From Eubacteriales bacterium (GTDB lineage Bacteria > Bacillota > Clostridia > Oscillospirales > QAKW01), in NCBI GenBank assembly GCA_045541535.1, contig JAZQJG010000098.1:26981-90980 (forward strand): DNA of 64,000 bases. Direction: 5' to 3'. This document shows positions 57,461 to 64,000 of this stretch, piece by piece. The notes beneath the pieces were generated by a model that had not been told where the DNA came from, ran no database searches, and saw nothing but the letters and a program-made list of their open reading frames with translations. Numbering within the stretch: the stretch's first letter is position 1; each line of letters starts with the position of its first letter. The position numbers were made by a program, and so were the translations under genes.

Positions 57461-59770
57461 TTACGGAGTTGTTGGAGTTGTAGGAGTTGTGGGGGTGGTT
57501 GTTGTCCCACCGTTACCACCCGGCGTAGTAGTACCGGGATCACTTCCCCCATTGCCTCCGGGTGTTTCACCCGTACCGGGCGTTGTGCCGGAACCGGGAT
57601 TTTCGCCGGGATTAACGGTACCACCACCGGTCGGTGTATCACCACCGACGCCAGGCGACTGCCCATTTCCACCGGTACCATCACCGGTACCGGGCGTCTC
57701 TCCGTCTCCACCGGTGCCATCACCGGTGCCGGGCGTCTCTCCTTCCCCACCGGTGCCGTCGCCCTCACCGGGCACATTTTCACCATCGCCGGGGATGGTT
57801 TCATCATCGGGTGTCTCATCCTCGGGCGCACCCATAAACACCTCGATGGTCTTGAGGCCTTCCGTAACGGTCTCGCTCTTTTGGACGACACCGTTTACCA
57901 GAACGGAAACTTCTTCTCCAACCTTGGCAGTACCGCTCCAACGGAAGATACCATCCGCCAAACTGTCATAGGCAATTTCCTGTGCACCGAGAATGGTATC
58001 ACCCTGTTTAACGGTAATGCTGACTGTTTGACCAACGTAGGTCTCATCAAAAGTGACCGTAACACTAATGCTGCCATTTTCAGGCTCCTTGGAAGGATCG
58101 GGGCCTTTGCTGATATAAATCGTTACAGTTCTGCCCTTATCTACAAGACTACCGGCCGTGGGTGTTTGACGAACGACCTTACCTTTTTCAATCGTGTCGT
58201 GATAAACCTCTTCTACAGTAGCATTAAAGTCGAGTCCGACGTTTGCTACGGCGAGGCGAGCCTCGTCCACTGTCATACCGGCGAGATCAGGCACTTTAAC
58301 GTGATCATTCTCCGACCCTTTGCTGACATAAACCGTTACAACGTCCTCGGCAAGATTCACTTCATCGCCGGCCCTGATGCTGGTAGAGATTACGTGATCC
58401 TTGGCAACGTTGTCACTGTATAGTTCAACCGTCTTAAAGGGAATCTGATTGTCTTCCAAAATCTCTTTTGCTTTGGAAATCGGCATGCCGATAATATCGG
58501 GCAAGCACACCATTTGAGAGCCGGAGCTCACAAACACTTCAATTGTAGTCCCTTGAACAACCATTGAGAACTCGGGTACAGACTGACTGAGAATAGTGCC
58601 CTTCTTCTTTTCGCTGGGTTTCTCGCCCTTTTTGACAATCTTAAAGAACTCGTATTCAGGATCGTTTACAACCTCGTCAAACATCTTGTTGATCAGGTTA
58701 GGAACCTCATATTTCTTTTCCGCTACGGCATCGGGAATGATGAACATACCGATCAAAATGCACAAAAAGATTGCAAACGCAGACGCAATACCACTGAAAA
58801 TCGGAATTTTGGTGGAAAGGCGCTTCTTCTCCGCTTTGGAAAGTTCCCCTTCCTCCTCAATGGGAATCAATAATTTTTCTCTCTTTTTAGAGGGAATAGG
58901 TGTTTCCTGCTGTCCATATTCGTCGTCGCGAAACATATGGGAAGGATTATCTTCAATTCTCTCCACGTCAGCCAGCATATCCGACGCTTCCATATATCTG
59001 TCAAAAGGATTCTTCATCATAGCCCGTAAAATTATCTGCTCCAGACCAACCGGCAAATCATCCTTAAGATCACGAGGCAACGCAGGCTGTTCCTGAATCT
59101 GCATCAATGCCACAGATACGGCATTTTCATCGTCAAAAGGCAGTGATCCGGTGCACAACTGATACAGCATAATACCGATAGAATAAATATCTGTACGCTC
59201 GTCCAAGGCATCGCCGCTGGCCTGCTCGGGACTAATATAATGTACCGAGCCAATTGCCTCTTTACTCATACTCTGGGTTTCATAATCGGCTACTCTGGCA
59301 ATGCCAAAGTCCATTACCTTGATACTGCCATCTCGCATCAACATAATATTCTGCGGTTTGAGATCGCGGTGCACGACACCACGGGCATGGGCGTGTTGAA
59401 CAGCACTGAGAATCTGTTTAATGTAGTGAGTAGCCTCACGCCATTCAAGGACACCAACAGTATCAATATATTCCTTCAGCGTCACGCCGTCCAGATATTC
59501 CATGGCAATAAACAACACTTCCCCTTCCAGAGAAACGTCATAAATATCCACAATATTTTTATCTGCCAGCAAAGTAATTGCCTTGGACTCGTTGGAAAAT
59601 CTGCGACGAAACTCATCGTTTCGCATAAATTCATCCTTTAGAATTTTGACGGCAACGTCCTGCGCCAACACTTGATCGTACGCCTTGTATACAACAGCCA
59701 TTCCGCCGTTGCCGATAATCTCATTGATCCGATAACGACCCTTGAGTGTTTGTCCTAAATATCTTTCCAT
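57461..59770 (-). CDS. prkC: PASTA-domain Ser/Thr protein kinase PrkC with a G/T/P-rich C-terminal tail
   Basis: Hanks kinase motifs (HRDLKPQN, DFGIA), one TM, three PASTA-like repeats, an Ig-like segment, then about 130 aa of low complexity ending in TTTTPTTPTTPTTP. Confidence 0.96.
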   Translation of the reverse strand: MERYLGQTLKGRYRINEIIGNGGMAVVYKAYDQVLAQDVAVKILKDEFMRNDEFRRRFSNESKAITLLADKNIVDIYDVSLEGEVLFIAMEYLDGVTLKEYIDTVGVLEWREATHYIKQILSAVQHAHARGVVHRDLKPQNIMLMRDGSIKVMDFGIARVADYETQSMSKEAIGSVHYISPEQASGDALDERTDIYSIGIMLYQLCTGSLPFDDENAVSVALMQIQEQPALPRDLKDDLPVGLEQIILRAMMKNPFDRYMEASDMLADVERIEDNPSHMFRDDEYGQQETPIPSKKREKLLIPIEEEGELSKAEKKRLSTKIPIFSGIASAFAIFLCILIGMFIIPDAVAEKKYEVPNLINKMFDEVVNDPEYEFFKIVKKGEKPSEKKKGTILSQSVPEFSMVVQGTTIEVFVSSGSQMVCLPDIIGMPISKAKEILEDNQIPFKTVELYSDNVAKDHVISTSIRAGDEVNLAEDVVTVYVSKGSENDHVKVPDLAGMTVDEARLAVANVGLDFNATVEEVYHDTIEKGKVVRQTPTAGSLVDKGRTVTIYISKGPDPSKEPENGSISVTVTFDETYVGQTVSITVKQGDTILGAQEIAYDSLADGIFRWSGTAKVGEEVSVLVNGVVQKSETVTEGLKTIEVFMGAPEDETPDDETIPGDGENVPGEGDGTGGEGETPGTGDGTGGDGETPGTGDGTGGNGQSPGVGGDTPTGGGTVNPGENPGSGTTPGTGETPGGNGGSDPGTTTPGGNGGTTTTPTTPTTPTTP
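57670..57775. repeat. 39-bp tandem repeat (~2.7 copies) inside the prkC tail
   Basis: Units 57670-57708 and 57709-57747 differ at a few positions, and a partial third copy follows. They encode the GETPGTGDGTGG(D/N) 13-aa periodicity. Confidence 0.85.
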
Positions 59771-59783
59771 AACAGCCTCCGAA

Positions 59784-60521
59784 TCAGCAATCTTGTTTAA
59801 TCAATAATGCGGTGATATTATCACGGCCGCCCTGCGCGTTTGCATAGGCAATCAGTTGCTCCGTAACGCCCACGGCCGAATCATTTTCGTTCATAATATT
59901 CAACAAAACTTCATCACTGCAATAATTTGAAAGTCCGTCCGAACAGAGCAACACCCGATCTCCCTTGCCGAAGTTATAAGTAAAATAATCAAATTCAACA
60001 ATGGAATCTACACCGATGGCACGGGTGATAATGTTCTTTTGGGGATGATTGATAGCTTCTTCCTTGGTGATTTTCCCTTGATCCAATAGTTCCTGTACAG
60101 CAGAATGATCCACAGAAATCTGCTGTATGGCATCACCGAAGAATAAATAAGCCCGGCTGTCGCCGACGTTAGCAACGTACAACTCGTTCTGTAATACAAT
60201 GGCAACAACCAGCGTCGTTCCCATACCGTTTAAATCGGGGTCTTTTCGACTCGCTTTAAATACAACGTCGTTTGCAGTGCGGATCGCACGTCTGAAAAGT
60301 CCGGTGATATCGTATGGCGGTTTTTCCTCAGCAAAGAAATTGTCAAAAATTTCAGCCACGGCGTCAGAAGCCAATTTACTGGCCATCTGGCCGCCGTTCA
60401 CACCGCCCATACCGTCACAAACGATTCCATAAGCAATCTTGTCACTCACGATTCGTAAGCGGTAGGTATCTTCATTGTGTTCACGCACCATACCCGTATC
60501 TGTTCTGGCAGCCGTTATCAT
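59784..60521 (-). CDS. stp: PP2C-family Ser/Thr phosphatase (Stp/PrpC)
   Basis: NEDT, CDGMGG, GTT and DGL/GGRDN PP2C motifs. Confidence 0.95.
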   Translation of the reverse strand: MITAARTDTGMVREHNEDTYRLRIVSDKIAYGIVCDGMGGVNGGQMASKLASDAVAEIFDNFFAEEKPPYDITGLFRRAIRTANDVVFKASRKDPDLNGMGTTLVVAIVLQNELYVANVGDSRAYLFFGDAIQQISVDHSAVQELLDQGKITKEEAINHPQKNIITRAIGVDSIVEFDYFTYNFGKGDRVLLCSDGLSNYCSDEVLLNIMNENDSAVGVTEQLIAYANAQGGRDNITALLIKQDC

Positions 60522-61552
60522 TGGATCACCCCTTTCATTTTTTTACTGCGAAGCTGACCGCAGGATGCGGCAATATCAGCCCCGAGCGTGCGGCGGATGG
60601 TAGCATTCAAACCACCGTCCGTAAGTCTTTTTTGGAATCGCAAAACAGCTTCACGTTCCGTCGGATCATATTTTCCATTATCTATTTTATTGACGGGAAT
60701 CAAGTTGATATGACACAACGTCCCTCTGAGCAAAGAAATCAAACGATCGGCACACCGATCACTGTCGTTTACGCCTCTGACCAACGTGTATTCATAGGAA
60801 ATACGACGGCCGGTTACCGACTGATACTTTTTACAGGCATCCAGCAACACGGCGATATTATATTTTCGGTTGATGGGCATCATTTCGCTGCGAATCTCAT
60901 CAAAAGGTGCGTGCAAAGATACTGAAAGGGTGAGCGGTAGGTCGTAATCCGCCAGCCTTTCAATCCCGGGTACCACGCCGCAGGTCGATAATGAAATATG
61001 ACGATATCCAATGTTAAGTCCCTGGGGATCATTTACCAGTTCCAAAAAACGGATTACGTTATCAAAGTTGTCCAACGGCTCACCGATTCCCATCATTACG
61101 ATGTTATGAATAGTAATACCCAGGTCCATATTGGCGTACATAATTTGATCCAAAATTTCACCGGCAGACAAATCACGAATCTTCCCACCCTTGGTGGATT
61201 GGCAAAAGCTACAGCCCATTCTGCACCCAACTTGAGAGGAGATGCAGATTGTATAACCGTGATGATACCGCATCACAACGCTCTCAATATAATTACCGTC
61301 GTTCAGGCGATACAGATATTTTACGGTGGAGTCAATGGCAGAAACGAATTTTTCTTCCGGTTCCAGCAGTGATAAGCACGCTTTTTCCGTCAAAAACGAA
61401 ATCATCGCCTTTGGAAGATTGGTCATCTGATCAAACCGACGAACGCCTTTGTATATCCAATTAAAAATTTGTTTTGCTCGAAATTTCGGAAAACCGTTGT
61501 TAACAACAAAATCTTCCAACTCGGCAAGCGTCATACTCTTAAGATCGATCAT
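60518..61552 (-). CDS. rlmN: 23S rRNA/tRNA adenine-C2 methyltransferase RlmN
   Basis: Radical SAM CRMGCSFCQS, second catalytic Cys region, 344 aa. Confidence 0.95.
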   Translation of the reverse strand: MIDLKSMTLAELEDFVVNNGFPKFRAKQIFNWIYKGVRRFDQMTNLPKAMISFLTEKACLSLLEPEEKFVSAIDSTVKYLYRLNDGNYIESVVMRYHHGYTICISSQVGCRMGCSFCQSTKGGKIRDLSAGEILDQIMYANMDLGITIHNIVMMGIGEPLDNFDNVIRFLELVNDPQGLNIGYRHISLSTCGVVPGIERLADYDLPLTLSVSLHAPFDEIRSEMMPINRKYNIAVLLDACKKYQSVTGRRISYEYTLVRGVNDSDRCADRLISLLRGTLCHINLIPVNKIDNGKYDPTEREAVLRFQKRLTDGGLNATIRRTLGADIAASCGQLRSKKMKGVIQ

Positions 61553-62814
61553 ACCTTATCTTTCTTTATCACAGCGTAATAAAAGCCTTCTGTTCCGTCG
61601 CTCTGCGGCAAAAACGTTTTTTCCTCCACAATTGTCGGAGCCAGCCGTCCTGCCACGCCTCTGTTTTCTGCAGGATGTATCGTACAGGTGGAATACACCA
61701 AACTACCCTTTTGTTTTAAATAAGTGAGTCCGTTTTGCAAAATGGCGCTTTGCGTACCATATAAATCAAAATCACTCATACTTTTATAGCGAATATCCGG
61801 TTTTTTACCGATAATACCCAGACCGCTACAGGGTACGTCACACAAAACCTTATCTGCGGTATTGACCCAACTCTCCTGTAATTTTACGGCGTCAAGACAT
61901 ACGAATTCAACGTTGGTAATTCCCAAGCGCTTTGCCTGTACTTCCAAAGCATCAATTTTATGAGGATGAATGTCGCAGGCAATAATCCTGCCTTGATTTT
62001 TCATTTTATAGGCCAGCGCAAAGGTTTTGCCGCCCGGAGCGCTACAGAGATCCAGCACCGTATCCCCGGGGCAGACGTCCAATTTTTGAGCCGTAAGATA
62101 GGATGGCAAACCCATCACGTGAAACAAGCCTTCCCGAAAAGCTTGCAAAGAAGAAGGATTTGAAGTAAAACGAACTTTCAAAAGACCGGGCTCGGCAATT
62201 TCAGCAGATACACCTTCCATTTCAAGTTTTTCAATCAAACTTTCGTCGTCGGTCTTCAATGTATTTACAGCAATATAGCTATAATCATTAGAAATACTCT
62301 CCAGGCCTTCAAAATATTCTATCGCAAATTGGGCGGAATACTCCTTGATAAGTAAAGAAATGATAGACGGATCCACCGAATATCGTACACTCAAAGCGCC
62401 CGCATCCGTTCCTGAAGGCAAAGCCGGCAAAGATGGTGCGGAAAGCAGTTTGCGCAATACAGCATTTACAAACCCGCTGCTTTTATACTGTCCGTTCTTT
62501 TTAGCAAGTTCCACCGAGGTATTGCAGGCCGCAGACACCGGGACGTCAAGTAACAGCCCCTGATACAGCCCCATACGTAAAATATTACGATTTACGATAT
62601 GAATTTTGCGGAGAGGCACACTGGAGACCTTTGAAATGTAAAAATCAAGCTTCAACTTATTTTCTATGGTACCATACACCAGTTGCGTACAAAAAGCTCG
62701 GTCCCTGCGATCGGATAAACGGTCCAGTTTTTCCTTGAGTAATAAATTCGGATAGCTCCCCTCTCGCTCCCAAGCAATGAGAACGTCAAGGGCAATCTGT
62801 CGGGATAGGCTCAT
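61549..62814 (-). CDS. rsmB: 16S rRNA (cytosine-C5) methyltransferase RsmB
   Basis: NusB-like N-terminus, SAM motif DLCSAPGGKT, catalytic DVPCSG and TCT motifs. Confidence 0.93.
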   Translation of the reverse strand: MSLSRQIALDVLIAWEREGSYPNLLLKEKLDRLSDRRDRAFCTQLVYGTIENKLKLDFYISKVSSVPLRKIHIVNRNILRMGLYQGLLLDVPVSAACNTSVELAKKNGQYKSSGFVNAVLRKLLSAPSLPALPSGTDAGALSVRYSVDPSIISLLIKEYSAQFAIEYFEGLESISNDYSYIAVNTLKTDDESLIEKLEMEGVSAEIAEPGLLKVRFTSNPSSLQAFREGLFHVMGLPSYLTAQKLDVCPGDTVLDLCSAPGGKTFALAYKMKNQGRIIACDIHPHKIDALEVQAKRLGITNVEFVCLDAVKLQESWVNTADKVLCDVPCSGLGIIGKKPDIRYKSMSDFDLYGTQSAILQNGLTYLKQKGSLVYSTCTIHPAENRGVAGRLAPTIVEEKTFLPQSDGTEGFYYAVIKKDKV

Positions 62815-62827
62815 AAAACGGCTCCTG

Positions 62828-63754
62828 TTATTTCAGTAAATCTCCGACCTTCAGCCGAAGTCCTTGGGCAAAAGAATATCCGTCCACCGGCTTTTTGCCG
62901 GGACGTTGCAGTTGTTGCAAAATAACGCTCATTCCATCCCCGCAAGCCACCTCAATCCCTTGCGTTGCAATGGAAAGTACGGTTGAAGCAAGCTCATCGG
63001 TTTTGCCGCCTATAACGGCAGAAAATACTTTAGTTGGCTCATCACCAAGTGTGATTTTGGCCACCGGCCAAGGATTAAGACCTCGCACAAAACAACAAAA
63101 ACGATGAGCAGACATATCAAAATTCAAAGAAGCATCTTCTTTCGTAAGCATTGGCGCATAAGTTGCCTTGCTATGGTCTTGTGCCGTACGCTGGGCGCAC
63201 CCCTGCGCAATCAGTTCTATCGCCTCCAGCAAAGCCTCGGCACCTAACAAACTCAAACGATCAAAGAGTTCCCCGCTGGTTTCATTTTCTCCGATGTCGG
63301 TTTCTTTCGTAAGTATAACGTCACCGGTGTCCATTTCTTTTGCCATATGCATAATGGTCACTCCGCTCTTCTCATCGCCATTGAGAACTGCCCATTGAAT
63401 CGGAGCGGCGCCACGGTATTTCGGAAGCAAGGATCCATGCACGTTAATACAGCCAAAGGTAGGATATTCAAGAATATATTCCGGTAAAAGCTTACCGTAG
63501 GCGGCCACAACAATCAGTTCGGGATCGTAGTGCCGCAAGGTTTCCATAAAAGCACCGTCTTTTAATCTTTCCGGTTGCTCCACAGGAATATTACGGCTCA
63601 ATGCAAAAGCCTTGGTTCGCGTAGGCACAAGATTGTGCCCACGACCCTTTGGCTTATCCGGTTGTGAAACTACGCAAACAACCTCATGATGCGCACACAG
63701 TGCTTCCAAAGAAGGTACGGCAAAATCCGGAGTGCCCATAAACATCACTCTCAT
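62828..63754 (-). CDS. fmt: Methionyl-tRNA formyltransferase
   Basis: MRVMFMGTPDFAVPSL and HGSLLPKYRGAAPI motifs. The start is placed at MRVMF because its ATG overlaps the def stop (ATGA). Confidence 0.95.
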   Translation of the reverse strand: MRVMFMGTPDFAVPSLEALCAHHEVVCVVSQPDKPKGRGHNLVPTRTKAFALSRNIPVEQPERLKDGAFMETLRHYDPELIVVAAYGKLLPEYILEYPTFGCINVHGSLLPKYRGAAPIQWAVLNGDEKSGVTIMHMAKEMDTGDVILTKETDIGENETSGELFDRLSLLGAEALLEAIELIAQGCAQRTAQDHSKATYAPMLTKEDASLNFDMSAHRFCCFVRGLNPWPVAKITLGDEPTKVFSAVIGGKTDELASTVLSIATQGIEVACGDGMSVILQQLQRPGKKPVDGYSFAQGLRLKVGDLLK

Positions 63755-64000
63755 TTTTCCGTACATTCCTTTCCAATCATGGGAATAACAATACCGTTCA
63801 AGTGATCGTTTTCGTGCATAATAGCTCTGGCTAAAAATTCCTCAAGCTCCATTTCAAAGAGTTCGCCCTCAACGTTGTACGCCCTGATTTTAACGTAGTC
63901 GGGGCGCTCGACCACAAACAAGCGACCGGGAAATGAAAGACAGCCCTCCTGATAGTCGGTATTTTTTCCTTTTGTTTTTACAATTTCGGGATTAATAAAT
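63751..64000 (-). CDS. def: Peptide deformylase, C-terminal part (5' end beyond the window)
   Basis: The minus-strand frame reads ...EEFLARAIMHENDHLNGIVIPMIGKECTEK*, which contains the HExxH metal motif 3 of deformylase. It is not in the ORF track because no start lies in the window. Confidence 0.88.
   Translation of the reverse strand, partial: FINPEIVKTKGKNTDYQEGCLSFPGRLFVVERPDYVKIRAYNVEGELFEMELEEFLARAIMHENDHLNGIVIPMIGKECTEK

Noticed and set aside
57352-57971. Two overlapping Pro/Arg/Val-rich ORFs (57352-57891 minus; 57429-57971 plus) across the prkC 3' end and the rsgA 5' end.
   Set aside because: They are artefacts of the GC-rich, stop-poor tandem repeats that encode the PrkC tail. They overlap two well-supported genes.

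Overview
This is a core chromosomal region of a PolC-containing Firmicute. It is most likely a spore-forming member of the Clostridia, judging by an IspH-S1 fusion, DUF4330 genes, a SPOCS+LysM SpoVID/SipL-type protein and a CwlD-like amidase. I can support about 57 protein genes, 2 tRNAs (Thr-CGU, Val-CAC) and one TPP riboswitch. Everything except ireB and tRNA-Thr lies on the minus strand, tightly packed, often with overlapping stop and start codons. The window reads as a concatenation of operon blocks that are each syntenic with Bacillus subtilis: def-fmt-rsmB-rlmN-stp-prkC-rsgA; miaB-ymcA(ricA)-mutS-mutL-miaA; ylmE-sepF-yggT-ylmH-divIVA-lspA-rluD; pyrH-frr-uppS-cdsA-dxr-rseP-(ispG)-polC; murB-rapZ-whiA; dnaE-pfkA; cmk-plsC-ispH/S1; recJ-relA; ligA-gatB; radA. 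I see no rRNA, CRISPR array, transposase/IS, prophage or recognisable defence system, so most of the window is ordinary housekeeping DNA. The best unexplained signals are listed here. (1) A perfect 12-6-12 dif-like palindrome sits at 155-184, next to an edge-truncated tyrosine recombinase gene. A 17-bp copy of one arm plus core lies 464 bp away, at the point where the usual radA-disA synteny breaks. (2) A translationally coupled operon of unknown function encodes an O-antigen-ligase-like protein, a GT4 glycosyltransferase and two DUF4330 proteins. (3) An orphan HlyD-like membrane-fusion protein heads the sepF/divIVA division cluster. (4) A SPOCS+LysM gene has a mother-cell-type promoter and an upstream micro-membrane protein. 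(5) Several core proteins carry unusual tails: PrkC has a G/T/P repeat tail, the RicA-like protein ends in CX3CX2CX2C, MutL has an (EDR)n linker, and DivIVA has an acidic tail. All functional calls rest on motif recognition by eye and on remembered synteny. No database search or computation was run.
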